DNA of 64,000 nt from an archaeon. Its GTDB lineage: Archaea; EX4484-52; WAPT01. Under the pieces are notes generated by a model. It was not told the DNA's origin and did no database searches. It saw only the letters and a program-made list of their open reading frames with translations. Both the position numbers and the translations under genes were made by a program. Position 1 is the stretch's first letter. The number at the start of each line of letters is the position of its first letter. Shown piece by piece: positions 1-9,744 of this stretch. The DNA is taken from contig JAPDKB010000007.1 of the NCBI GenBank assembly GCA_029258795.1, positions 32,001 through 96,000 on the forward strand. The letters are read 5' to 3'.

Positions 1-45
1 TGAGCTTTCTCCTGCAGCAAGCAGAACAGCTTTGATGTTCCTCAT
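1..45 (-). CDS. 5' fragment of a sugar-phosphate nucleotidyltransferase (GlmU/RfbA-like), runs off the window edge
   Basis: Reverse strand reads MRNIKAVLLAAGESS, matching the K-A-V-x-L-A-A-G-x-[GS] signature of NTP transferases; GGTGA SD just upstream. Confidence 0.7.
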   Translation of the reverse strand, partial: MRNIKAVLLAAGESS

Positions 46-147
46 TTACTTATCACCAATCATATTTTAGCGGTAATATTTTTATTACTCAATTGTACTG
101 TTTACTCGTGTTTGTAAAAAATAAAAAATAGTAGCGATTTTGCGCGT

Positions 148-744
148 TTATTGCATCAAGGATTCGTTTATGACTTCCTCGATCGCCTTTTTTACGTATT
201 CTCGTTTATCTGCCGGTACTTTGAATATGTTCCGTAAGGCGTCATAGCCCCAGAAAGGAGGCTCTGCTATAAATGGAGGATTATCTCTGCCTTTTTCACT
301 GTAAGCATCTCTAGATGGCACACCCGCCAGCAGGATATCCTTACTCTCATAATCTGGTATATTGTAGACCCAATCTCTAATTACTCTTGAAATGTGGTCT
401 TTGCTGCTTACTGCAAATATTCCCTTTGCTCCTTCTTTCTTAGCCAGATCATATATATTTTGTACATTTTCAAAGGTATTTTTGGAATCCTTCTCTAAAA
501 CGACATTATATTTCTTTATTTCAGGCATTTTTTCTTTAGCCCACTGATAAATTATGTCTGCTTCCTTTATGCCATCTTTTTCGACACCTCCAGAAATCAC
601 CACTTCACATTCGATGCCATATTTTTCCAAAAATTTAGCCACTTCTAATGTTCTACTCAATCTGTCGTTAACCACAGCATCAAAATTATCTGCACTTGGA
701 TTGTATCCGTGCATTGCAACAATAATATCGCTCACACCACTCAC
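148..744 (-). CDS. YdcF/DUF218 (ElyC/SanA-like) family protein
   Basis: VISGG, EAD, LEKDSKNTFENV and SSKDHISR motifs typical of DUF218; GGAGGTG SD. Confidence 0.75.
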   Translation of the reverse strand: MSGVSDIIVAMHGYNPSADNFDAVVNDRLSRTLEVAKFLEKYGIECEVVISGGVEKDGIKEADIIYQWAKEKMPEIKKYNVVLEKDSKNTFENVQNIYDLAKKEGAKGIFAVSSKDHISRVIRDWVYNIPDYESKDILLAGVPSRDAYSEKGRDNPPFIAEPPFWGYDALRNIFKVPADKREYVKKAIEEVINESLMQ

Positions 745-873
745 CTCCTTTATTCACTTTCTCGTGGTTAAAAAATAGAGCAGAAGCTTTTTAAACAGAT
801 ATTTAAAAACTTTTTTAATCCATTTTTACCGATTTCAAAAATATTTTTAAAGATTCCACACAAATTTTCAAGC

Positions 874-1782
874 ATGTTTCTGATCGTGGATGAAGGAAAA
901 AAGAAAGCGTATCCTGCTGTGCAGGCAGATGAGGAGATGTTGAAGGTTGTGACACATCCCTTACGGCTCAGAATTCTCGAGCTTCTCTCCCAGGACTCGC
1001 TCTATCTTTCGGAAATTGCCAGAACGCTCGGCACAAATGAGCAGAAAATCTTTTATCACCTCAACTTGCTAAAGAGGGCAGGACTGGTTATGGAGGACAA
1101 GAAGAAAAGCCACGCCGGGTTGAAATATTTTAAGGCGGTGAAAAAGGGGATCGCGTTTCTGCCCGATTATGTTGCTTCTCTTACCCATGATCTCGAGCTG
1201 AGCGATTTCATAGCGGTTCCTGAAATTCTGGACGGGTTCGTGCAGGACGGAAAGATAAACTGCAAGATCGTGGTTGGTGCGCCATTTCCCCACGGAAAAT
1301 GGAACAAAGGAAGTAGATCCAATTATCTGGCTGCTGAAGTTGCAAGTGTGCTGGGGAAGTACGGCACCACCACGGAAAGGCTTGCCTATCTGGACGTGGA
1401 GCTGGACGATGAGATGAAAAAGGATAATCTGGTGGTTATAGCTGGCATGCACGTCAACACCCTACAAGAAGAGCTAAACCCATACCTTCCTATAAGGTTC
1501 GATGAACACGGTACCCGAATAATCTCAACCATCAGCGGAACCGAGTATACGGATGATGATTGCGGTTTTGTTTGTGTGGCGGAAAATCCGTTCGCTTCGG
1601 GCAAAAAAGTGCTCGTTCTTGCAGGACTGGAATCGATTGGCACGAGGGCTGCGGTCTTTGCCTTCAAAAACTACATCGAAAAGCTAAACAAGGGAAATAT
1701 GTATGATCGCGAGATTAAGGCACGGGTTGTAAGGGGAGTGGAGAGCAAGGGCGATATAAAAGAAATTGTGTTTCTTGAGTGA
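874..1782 (+). CDS. ArsR-like wHTH transcription regulator with C-terminal alpha/beta putative ligand-binding domain
   Basis: HPLRLRILELL...EIARTLGTNEQKIFYHL HTH; paralog of 34371..35315; TATA about 23 nt upstream of ATG. Confidence 0.75.
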   Translation: MFLIVDEGKKKAYPAVQADEEMLKVVTHPLRLRILELLSQDSLYLSEIARTLGTNEQKIFYHLNLLKRAGLVMEDKKKSHAGLKYFKAVKKGIAFLPDYVASLTHDLELSDFIAVPEILDGFVQDGKINCKIVVGAPFPHGKWNKGSRSNYLAAEVASVLGKYGTTTERLAYLDVELDDEMKKDNLVVIAGMHVNTLQEELNPYLPIRFDEHGTRIISTISGTEYTDDDCGFVCVAENPFASGKKVLVLAGLESIGTRAAVFAFKNYIEKLNKGNMYDREIKARVVRGVESKGDIKEIVFLE

Positions 1783-1870
1783 GAAGATTAACCGAAAAGT
1801 GATGAAAAAATTGAAAAGTTTTTTTCTCTCAGGAATGAGTTAGAGATAACACACAAATCAAATTAGTGGG

Positions 1871-2170
1871 GTGAGTAAGATGAACGAGATTAAAGCTGTG
1901 CCTTACGTGGAGGTTGATTTCTCCAGAATCTCAGAATCTAAGGTGCTGGGGTTGCTGAATGAACCACCTTTTAGAACAACAGAATGTGTAACGGCCAACA
2001 CCATTTACAGAGGTATTTTATTGGAGGACTACACTACATTAATAGGAGCGGTAGAAACTCTGAAAAAATCAGACCCTACTACCTATGAGTTGGTGCTTGA
2101 AGCTCTTGAGGAAGATGGCAGGAAGGGAATAATAAGATTAGTTTACTCTTCGAGAAATGAGCGCGCATAA
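1871..2170 (+). CDS. hypothetical protein
   Basis: 99-aa ORF with protein-like composition filling the gap; GGGGTGA SD-like motif. Confidence 0.5.
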   Translation: MSKMNEIKAVPYVEVDFSRISESKVLGLLNEPPFRTTECVTANTIYRGILLEDYTTLIGAVETLKKSDPTTYELVLEALEEDGRKGIIRLVYSSRNERA

Positions 2171-3352
2171 AATAGCGCACAATCCAAGAGCGATGCCGTC
2201 CATCAGGAAAGCAGCCCTTATGCCGTGGTTGTGGGCAACGAAGCCAGCAACCAGAGAGCCGACAGCCACACCCAGAGCAGTGATGAAAGTATCTAACACC
2301 GCCCCTTCTTCTTCGTTGTGTCTGAACGTCCGTGCAATTAGCCCGCTCTTCCCGCTTTCTGAGACAAGCTTTGCGCTGTATTCGATAAGGTAAATGATGA
2401 AGAGAAGTGGCAGGTAGAAGCACGTAGCAACACCGAGAGCCATGATGGATGATATGCTATTTCCCACGAGCAGATTGTTCTCACTTTTCCTTTTCTCCAC
2501 AAATTTTGCAAGTTTCCATGAGATTATTATGGAAATTAGCGAGGTAATGGATATCCATCCAACTATCCAGCTTTTTGATAGATAAAACTCATTTTTGAGA
2601 AGTAAAACAAAAAAGCTGCGGTACACACCGGCAGAAAACATTGCTATGAATGCTGCTGCAAGGAAGATTGCGATTTTCATCTCGTAGCGGGTTTTTTTAT
2701 GGCTTGTAGCTTTGCTTTTTTTAGTTAGAGTTGCGCTATCAGCATCTGTTTTAATGAATTCCCACTCCCGCACTGCAAAAACCACCGCGATGAAATAAAC
2801 CAGCAGCGAGGTCATAAAAACCTCTCTGAACGAAAACGCCCAGAGAATCACACCCCCGATTGTGGGTGCGAGAAAGTTGGAGTAGAATGGTGCACTGTAA
2901 AAATACAGGAAATCCTTATCGTACGACTTGCTTTTATGTTCCATTATAACGCTCCTCATGCCAACATAAAACAGTGCGGCGCTCAACCCTAGCTCCACCT
3001 GCCACAAATAGAAGGTTGTAACACTCCTTGCAAATAGCATGCCGATGGAGTAAGCAGCATAACCCATCATACCTGTGGGAATAGCGTATCTGGCCGACAC
3101 TCGCTCTCGAGTGATGAGTATCCACACCACGATGCTGAAAAAGGCCATGCTTGCATAGAGCAGCATATACATCGAACCTATGACTGCCAGATCGAATCCC
3201 TTCTGCTCAAGAAAAAGTGGATAGTAAAGGGAGAACATCTTGTAGCCAAAGAGTACGAGAAAATGAGACAGAGAAGCGTAGAGCACGGGCGTCATTTCGG
3301 AAGTATGAAGCAAAAATGTTCTTTTCATGGAAGTACTGTTTTGATTTTCCAT
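2138..3352 (-). CDS. MFS transporter
   Basis: About 12 hydrophobic segments in two halves with a central charged loop; APTIGG motif. Confidence 0.8.
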   Translation of the reverse strand: MENQNSTSMKRTFLLHTSEMTPVLYASLSHFLVLFGYKMFSLYYPLFLEQKGFDLAVIGSMYMLLYASMAFFSIVVWILITRERVSARYAIPTGMMGYAAYSIGMLFARSVTTFYLWQVELGLSAALFYVGMRSVIMEHKSKSYDKDFLYFYSAPFYSNFLAPTIGGVILWAFSFREVFMTSLLVYFIAVVFAVREWEFIKTDADSATLTKKSKATSHKKTRYEMKIAIFLAAAFIAMFSAGVYRSFFVLLLKNEFYLSKSWIVGWISITSLISIIISWKLAKFVEKRKSENNLLVGNSISSIMALGVATCFYLPLLFIIYLIEYSAKLVSESGKSGLIARTFRHNEEEGAVLDTFITALGVAVGSLVAGFVAHNHGIRAAFLMDGIALGLCAILCALISRRVN

Positions 3353-3362
3353 TAGATAAATG

Positions 3363-3641
3363 TTATTCTTTATACTGACTCATACTCTCTCTGTAGCTTT
3401 TCAGTTTCTGTGCTGATGTGTTTGCAGGATCAAAATAAAAGCCATTCACAGGGTCGAAGAAAACGATGCCAGTTTTGACACATACTATGGGGTGGCGGAG
3501 TCCCACGACACCTTCTTCTCTGAACTGACCCACTTTGTCCTGATAGCTCTCTTTTGGTTTGCCGATAAGTTCGACGTAAAACCCATTCACGGGATCAATA
3601 TATGCTCTTCCTCTTTTTGTATCAACCACAGGATGTCTCAC
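3363..3641 (-). CDS. small hypothetical protein made of two ~45-aa repeats (RHP-x-V...DPVNGFY)
   Basis: Internal duplication visible in the translation; AGGTGGTG SD before the GTG start. Confidence 0.65.
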   Translation of the reverse strand: MRHPVVDTKRGRAYIDPVNGFYVELIGKPKESYQDKVGQFREEGVVGLRHPIVCVKTGIVFFDPVNGFYFDPANTSAQKLKSYRESMSQYKE

Positions 3642-3745
3642 GAAACACCACCTTTTTAACTTTCGAATGTGTTGAAAAACTTAAAAATCATTTCTCCTCG
3701 GCGGTGAAGAAAAAGTTATAAGGGAGTTCTGATCAAGATTATCTC

Positions 3746-4903
3746 ATGGAACTCTTCACACTTCTTGCGGTGATGTACCTGGCCACGGTAGCTGTGGGTA
3801 TCGTGCTTGAAAGGCTTCGTGTGCCTTGGATTTTTGGAGCGCTGCTATTTGGGGTTGCTTTGTCCGCGCTTGGAATTAAAATGAAAAATGGCAACATGGA
3901 ATATCTTGAACCTTTAGGGGAGCTCGGGATGCTCTTCTTGCTGTTCATAATAGGGTTCGAGATCAGCATACATGAACTTAGAAGACAGAGCAAATACGTA
4001 ATCTCTCTCACGACGTTCATCATTCTTTTTGAAGCACTGATGGGAGGGCTGACACTCCACTACATTTTTCACTATCCTATTAAAGTATCCTTCATCGCAG
4101 CATTATCTCTGGCCACCATCGGGGAAGCTATTCTCGTACCCATCCTTGACGAGTTCGGGATCGCGAGAACGAGAATCGGGGAAGTGATAATAAGCGTTGG
4201 CACACTTGATGATATCTTTGAAGTTGTGGCCATATTCTTTGCGGGATTGCTCGTAAGCGCGACAAGCTATCAGACCCTCGAGAGAAGTGCGATTGCTCTT
4301 GGAGTACTGCTCATCAGCACCGCGGTGCTTCTCAAAGTCAGAAAACTGATAAAGGAAGAAATAAGGCATGCTAAGCTCAAGTACTTCCTGCTGGGAGGCT
4401 GTCTGTTCGTATTTTTCAGCTTTGTGAGCATTGCGAAGTGGGGAGGAATGGATGCCGTGGGGGCCATCTTGGCTGGAGTGGTTGCGGGAAATCTCCTGCC
4501 TTCCGGACTCAAACGGCACATTGAAAGCGAGGTGAGGGTTCTTGCGTATGGATTTTTTGCCACCATATTCTTCTTCGTGGTCGGGCTGAGCATGGATGTG
4601 CATGAAATCCTCGCATATCCTCTGCTAACCCTGACCATATTTGCGGTTGCGACCGCAAGCAAATATGTTGCGGTGTGGGTTGGCGGACTCGGAAGGATGA
4701 ATGTAAGGGAGCGGCTGGTAACAGCAACAGGACTTTCGGTCAGATTTTCCACAAGCTTGGTGGTGGCAAAGATATTGCTGAACAACAAACTCATAGATAT
4801 CTCCCTTTATAGCGCGTTCGTTGCAGCTTCATCCATATCAACAATTCTCGTGCCCTTCGTTTTCGCATGGATGCTGAAAAGGTGGAGGGAAACGTTCGTA
4901 TAA
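3746..4903 (+). CDS. CPA2 family cation:proton antiporter (KefB/NapA-like membrane domain)
   Basis: ELGMLFLLFIIGFE, TLDD and GAILAG motifs; about 12-13 TM segments. Confidence 0.85.
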   Translation: MELFTLLAVMYLATVAVGIVLERLRVPWIFGALLFGVALSALGIKMKNGNMEYLEPLGELGMLFLLFIIGFEISIHELRRQSKYVISLTTFIILFEALMGGLTLHYIFHYPIKVSFIAALSLATIGEAILVPILDEFGIARTRIGEVIISVGTLDDIFEVVAIFFAGLLVSATSYQTLERSAIALGVLLISTAVLLKVRKLIKEEIRHAKLKYFLLGGCLFVFFSFVSIAKWGGMDAVGAILAGVVAGNLLPSGLKRHIESEVRVLAYGFFATIFFFVVGLSMDVHEILAYPLLTLTIFAVATASKYVAVWVGGLGRMNVRERLVTATGLSVRFSTSLVVAKILLNNKLIDISLYSAFVAASSISTILVPFVFAWMLKRWRETFV

Positions 4904-4958
4904 AAGTTAATCGTCAGCGACCGGATGGAAAATGAGAAAATAACAGCTCTTCCATCAC

Positions 4959-6332
4959 TCAAACCGCACCCATGGATTTGAGCACACTCTCCAGCTCATT
5001 CATGATCTCTTCCTTTATTCTTTCCAGGGCTTCCTCGTTATCGGCTTCGAACCTGCATTTTATCATCGGCTCCGTGTTTGATGGCCTCACTATCCCCCAA
5101 CCATCTTCAAAGTCAACTCTCACTCCATCCATCGTGTTGAGCTGATAGCCCTTGGCTTCAAGCCTTTCCCTCAGCTTTTCAATGACATCCCATTTCAGCT
5201 CATCCTTCACTTTTATGTGGATCTCCGGCGTGGCCATGGCTTTCGGCAGCTCTGCCACGAAAGAACTCAGCGGAACATCAAGCTTGCTCACGAACTCCGC
5301 CATTTTCGCGCATGCGAAGATACCGTCGTCAAAGTAATGGTAGCAATAGGGGAAATACATGTGGCCCGAGAGCTCTCCTCCAAAAACAGCATTTCTCTTC
5401 ATCACCTCGTCCAGAATGTAGGCATGCCCAACTTTAGTTATAACAACCTTCCCTCCATTTTCCTCCACGAACTTCATGACAGCTTTTGATGTCCTGACCT
5501 CAAACACGACATAACCCTTTCTGTGCTCCAGAGCCTGCTTTGCGAGTATCATGAGGATCTGATCCTGCGTGACAACATTTCCTTTCTCATCCACAACTCC
5601 AATGCGATCACCATCTCCGTCAAGCGCTAAGCCGAGATCCGCTTTCTCTTTCACGACCTCCTCCTGAAGCCATTTCAGTGTTTCAGCTTTGAGGGGATCA
5701 GCTATATGGTTGGGAAATGTGCCATCCGGCTCCTTGAATATGGTCTTGACATCACAGCCGAGCTCCTTCAGAATTCTCTCGGGAATGTCCGCGCATGCTC
5801 CGTTACCAACATCCACCACAACCTTCAGCTTCCTTCCCAGCTTTACACGGGAAACTATGTTCTGGATGTAATCCTCAACCATGTTTTTATTCTCAACAAC
5901 TCCTCTCTCACTTGCTTTCTCTACCTCACCTTCCGCAACCATCCTTCCTATCTCATAGATTCCATTTTCGGCGTAAATTGGGTAGGCATTCTTACCGTTC
6001 AGCTTGAAGCCGTTATACTCGGGTGGGTTGTGGCTTGCTGTGACAGCAACACCACCATCGGTACCCAGCTTTATTATGCCGTAATACATGAGCGGGGTTG
6101 GACCGAAACCCAGATCAATTACATCACACCCCGCATCGAGAATTCCCTCGATTAGCTTTCCTTTGAGCTGGGGTGTGCTTGTCCTGTAATCTCCTATCAC
6201 CACCAGCTTTTTTGCTTTCAGAAACTGTGGAAAAGCGAGCCCCATCCTGTAAGCTATATCCTCGTTCAGCTCAGAAGGGTAAATGCCACGAACATCATAA
6301 GCTTTGAAGATGCGCGGGATCTCAGCAGGCAT
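4959..6332 (-). CDS. phosphomannomutase/phosphoglucomutase
   Basis: FKAYDVRG, TASHNP (phospho-Ser), DGDGDR (metal), GELSGH, RPSNTEP; start set at MPAEIP downstream of a TATA box. Confidence 0.95.
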   Translation of the reverse strand: MPAEIPRIFKAYDVRGIYPSELNEDIAYRMGLAFPQFLKAKKLVVIGDYRTSTPQLKGKLIEGILDAGCDVIDLGFGPTPLMYYGIIKLGTDGGVAVTASHNPPEYNGFKLNGKNAYPIYAENGIYEIGRMVAEGEVEKASERGVVENKNMVEDYIQNIVSRVKLGRKLKVVVDVGNGACADIPERILKELGCDVKTIFKEPDGTFPNHIADPLKAETLKWLQEEVVKEKADLGLALDGDGDRIGVVDEKGNVVTQDQILMILAKQALEHRKGYVVFEVRTSKAVMKFVEENGGKVVITKVGHAYILDEVMKRNAVFGGELSGHMYFPYCYHYFDDGIFACAKMAEFVSKLDVPLSSFVAELPKAMATPEIHIKVKDELKWDVIEKLRERLEAKGYQLNTMDGVRVDFEDGWGIVRPSNTEPMIKCRFEADNEEALERIKEEIMNELESVLKSMGAV

Positions 6333-6412
6333 ACTGCACAACCATGAGGTAAGAAAAATATTTAAAGGGAAGGGTGCTCGAAAACGGCAAGCAGCACCCC
6401 ACCGAACCAACT

Positions 6413-7519
6413 TCACTCCGGCCCTTCCAGCTTTTCAAACCTGTCCTTGAACTTCTCGAGCACGTGAGGCAGTGTGGTGTACTCCATCTCGTCAGCGCTG
6501 AGCCTGTGTGGCTCGAACGGTCCGTGCCTTCTGATGTAATCAGCAACGAAATTGGCTGTCTCTCTTGCTCTGTCAAATGCCGGGTCATCGAACATGTCAA
6601 TTGGACCATCGAGCATTCCGTTACAGAGCTGGAATCCGGCTGCTATGACACGCGGAGGTCCGTCAAACCTTGAAGGAGTTGCGTGCTTGAAGCTCACAGG
6701 CATTAATGGACCGTGGTGGCTGCCGCGCATCCACCCTGCAACCATGTGAGGGAAAGCAAATGGCTCAAGCACCTCACCCACTGCGGGGAAACCACTCTGG
6801 CATCTCACTATCATGACAGGGTCGTCCTTGCCAACGTACTTGCCTGCCATGAGGTTCAATCTCTGGGTTGAGGTTACTGCCGCCACCTCGCCATCACTCT
6901 TCCTGAACACGCTTTTTATCACGTATCTGCTGGGCTGACCGATTAGGGCAAGTAGATCATACATTTCTTCCGGCACATTGAACCTTATCTTTTTGTGCTC
7001 GATCACATCATGCACCTCAAAGATGAAGCCATCATGCATTTTTGGATCTATCACAAGACCTGCTGTGTTGAATGGATCCGCGAATATCCTGAATAGAGGC
7101 ATGTTCCATGCTCCCGGCTCCGTCTTATCAGCCATGAAAACGATTACCGGTTCGGAGGGTCTCTCCTCAAAAGCCATTTCAGCCACGCCCGGCCCCATAC
7201 CTTTCACATTACCGCTGAACGTGTCCTTGAGTAAGTCCTGACCGGCTCCGTAGAGCTTTTTCTCCTTCGCAACCTCTGTAGCTGCAAGAAAAGTATCCCA
7301 TGCCGCTTTGTGTATCTCCTCGTTCTCTATGAACTTATCATGCGTCATGATAAGCTGGAGATCATCACCGCATGCCATGACCCTGTAGTCAAAGATCACT
7401 CCTTCCTCTTTCTTTTGTTCCAGTACTTCTCTTGCCTTCTCCATCAGTGCGTAATGCACGCGAGAGTGGCCAACAAGGCCACCAACATCCGCCTTTATTA
7501 CGGACAGCGTTACTTTCAT
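6413..7519 (-). CDS. fbp: bifunctional fructose-1,6-bisphosphate aldolase/phosphatase (class V FBPase)
   Basis: KADVG, GDDLQL, YGAGQDLL, DKTEPGAWN, YVGKDDP and GWMRGSH motifs. Confidence 0.97.
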   Translation of the reverse strand: MKVTLSVIKADVGGLVGHSRVHYALMEKAREVLEQKKEEGVIFDYRVMACGDDLQLIMTHDKFIENEEIHKAAWDTFLAATEVAKEKKLYGAGQDLLKDTFSGNVKGMGPGVAEMAFEERPSEPVIVFMADKTEPGAWNMPLFRIFADPFNTAGLVIDPKMHDGFIFEVHDVIEHKKIRFNVPEEMYDLLALIGQPSRYVIKSVFRKSDGEVAAVTSTQRLNLMAGKYVGKDDPVMIVRCQSGFPAVGEVLEPFAFPHMVAGWMRGSHHGPLMPVSFKHATPSRFDGPPRVIAAGFQLCNGMLDGPIDMFDDPAFDRARETANFVADYIRRHGPFEPHRLSADEMEYTTLPHVLEKFKDRFEKLEGPE

Positions 7520-7535
7520 TTTATCACCTCCATCA

Positions 7536-9611
7536 TTATTTGATAAAGCACTTGATCATGTTACGCTTAGATGGCTTGAAAACAGCCACATTACCCTCAT
7601 ACACTTTATCATTTATACTTATCATCTCCACATCTTTCGGCATGATGAGTTTGCACTTACAGTTTGGCTTCTTATCGAACACAATCTCCATCTGATAAAG
7701 ATGTGAGAGCTTTGCAGCGGTCAAGCTGAAATTCTCACCCAGCATTCTCAACTTCCCACGCTTCCAGAACCGAATACCTGCGGGAAATTTGGGAGATACT
7801 ACTATGCAGTTTTCTTCCGCATCCACACCCATCAGGAAGCGATCAACTATGAACGGCACGAGAGACACGCTCCAGAGCTGAGCTCCCGCTCCGACCAGCT
7901 CACCTGTTTCGGAATTCCACGCTTCTCCCACAAACCCTATATGACCTCTATCCACATCCGCAAGCAGCTTTCTCAGCAAAATGATGCCGTGATGGAGTTC
8001 GCCGGCCATAAAGCACGTGGCACTTCCAAGCAATGTGGTGAAACCCCACGCACTTCCTCTGTGATAACTCCAGCTCCAGTATTTTGCATCGAGGTTAGAG
8101 AGTGTTCTTATTCCATAATCGCATTCGAGCTCCTCCTTCATCTTTCTCACGATGGCTTTGAGCTCGTGTTTTGTGTAAGCGCCAAAAAGTGCGGCTATCA
8201 TGCAGTTAGGAGTTACGGAAGCATCCACCACTCTCCCAAAGGAATCAAACGGATACATGAAATCGTTGTTCCAGTAAAACTTTCTGAACGCGGTTTCAAG
8301 CTCCTTCGAAAGCTTCCTCTTTCTGTTTCTCAAAGCCTTCCACCACATGGATTGAATTTCCACTGCTGTTGGCCCTCTGCTTATCGAGTCCATCCACGTT
8401 TCGTTTCCCTTGTGAATGACAAAATTCTGCTCCACTTCAAGCGATTTAAGCACTTTATTTTCCACATTCTTGATAAAAGGAAGAGCGATGCCACTGATTT
8501 TTTCGTATTCATCAGCCACAAGAAGGAAAAGCGGAGAAACATCAGCGCCATGATATAAAGCTTCCACATGATTAACATCCAATGTGAGAGTGCATGGCAC
8601 TCTGTTCTTGGTGTTCTTGGCTAACAGCTCCATAATTTTACCGGCTTCTTCGTCCATGCCGAGAGAGAGTAAAGAGAGAGCAGAAAAGAGATTGTCTCTA
8701 CCCCACATCTCGATAAACCATGGGTATCCCGAAATCAAATAAGTTCTATCATCCTTTTCATATAGAAATGAATCCATATTCAGGAGAGCGATCTTGAACA
8801 TCGTGTTGAGAGATTCATCATTGGAAATCAAGACGTTTCTCCTCAGAAGTTCGAGGACGTGCTTGACTCTTTCCTTCATCAGCTTTCTCCAGTCGGCTAT
8901 GCATGCATCTAAGCTATCGATCGCTTCCCTCTTTCTGAACCCTGCTGCCAGCACAAACGGTAAGTAGTAAGTTTCATGAGGAGCCAGTGTAAATTTCACA
9001 ACATAGCTTGCGGGCAAAAAGCATTTCTGTAGCTCTCCCGAAGGATAATGCTCTTTGTAATGAAGAATGGGAGTTATCTTAATATCCAGCGCCTCTTCCA
9101 TGAAATCACTGCCATAGCACGCATAAAGTCCATCATCACTCCTCACTATAACACTCTTTCTCTTACTTTCAACTTCAACATCATACTTCCTCAAATTGAA
9201 TTCTTCCTGCTTCCGTCTGATGTTAACTGCGACCTCTGCCCCCACCTCCACATCCCTTTCCTCATTACTCTCATTCGTGAACTTGAGAAGCACGACGAGC
9301 GAGTTCTGGTTTAAAGGCACGAAAAGAATCTCCTCCACCTCAACATCATCGTTCATACTGTTTTCAAGCCGATATTTGTGAGTTGCACTATAATAACAAT
9401 ATTTAGTTTCAGTTATATTCTGAGGAGAAAGCCACTCATCGTTGATCTTGAAAGCGAAATATTCGTAGAATTTGAATGGTGGCTTCCATATTCCACACCA
9501 CTTGTTCACAAATCCATTATTCGTGCATCGATAAAGAAACAGTTTTCTTCCTGAAAGGGAGTAAAATGATCGATGAATTTTCTCCCCTTTCACGACATAA
9601 TGCGGTAACAT
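7536..9611 (-). CDS. amylo-alpha-1,6-glucosidase / glycogen debranching enzyme-like (alpha/alpha)6 hydrolase
   Basis: GYPWF...WGRD, TWMDS, VEIQ, YHRGSAW and QLWS motifs; glycogen gene context. Confidence 0.8.
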   Translation of the reverse strand: MLPHYVVKGEKIHRSFYSLSGRKLFLYRCTNNGFVNKWCGIWKPPFKFYEYFAFKINDEWLSPQNITETKYCYYSATHKYRLENSMNDDVEVEEILFVPLNQNSLVVLLKFTNESNEERDVEVGAEVAVNIRRKQEEFNLRKYDVEVESKRKSVIVRSDDGLYACYGSDFMEEALDIKITPILHYKEHYPSGELQKCFLPASYVVKFTLAPHETYYLPFVLAAGFRKREAIDSLDACIADWRKLMKERVKHVLELLRRNVLISNDESLNTMFKIALLNMDSFLYEKDDRTYLISGYPWFIEMWGRDNLFSALSLLSLGMDEEAGKIMELLAKNTKNRVPCTLTLDVNHVEALYHGADVSPLFLLVADEYEKISGIALPFIKNVENKVLKSLEVEQNFVIHKGNETWMDSISRGPTAVEIQSMWWKALRNRKRKLSKELETAFRKFYWNNDFMYPFDSFGRVVDASVTPNCMIAALFGAYTKHELKAIVRKMKEELECDYGIRTLSNLDAKYWSWSYHRGSAWGFTTLLGSATCFMAGELHHGIILLRKLLADVDRGHIGFVGEAWNSETGELVGAGAQLWSVSLVPFIVDRFLMGVDAEENCIVVSPKFPAGIRFWKRGKLRMLGENFSLTAAKLSHLYQMEIVFDKKPNCKCKLIMPKDVEMISINDKVYEGNVAVFKPSKRNMIKCFIK

Positions 9612-9680
9612 GATGTAAATTAGCGGTAGAAAATCTTATATACTTATTGTTCCCAAAATAAAAACCATAAAGTACAAAGA

Positions 9681-9697
9681 TTTGCCATCACGGCAAA
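9681..9697. promoter_or_regulatory. inverted repeat TTTGCC-N5-GGCAAA in the divergent glycogen promoter region
   Basis: Perfect 6-bp inverted repeat between the debranching-enzyme and glycogen synthase starts. Confidence 0.3.
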
Positions 9698-9744
9698 ATC
9701 GTAGCATTAAATCATCACTACCAAATAATGAACTCGTGATTTTT

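Noticed and set aside
4959-6416. Long N-terminal extensions in the ORF track (PGM, GT3, RND half 2, ABC permease, gltX, pyrG, PCNA)
   Set aside because: They run through promoters or upstream genes; downstream starts fit SD/TATA positions and family N-termini better
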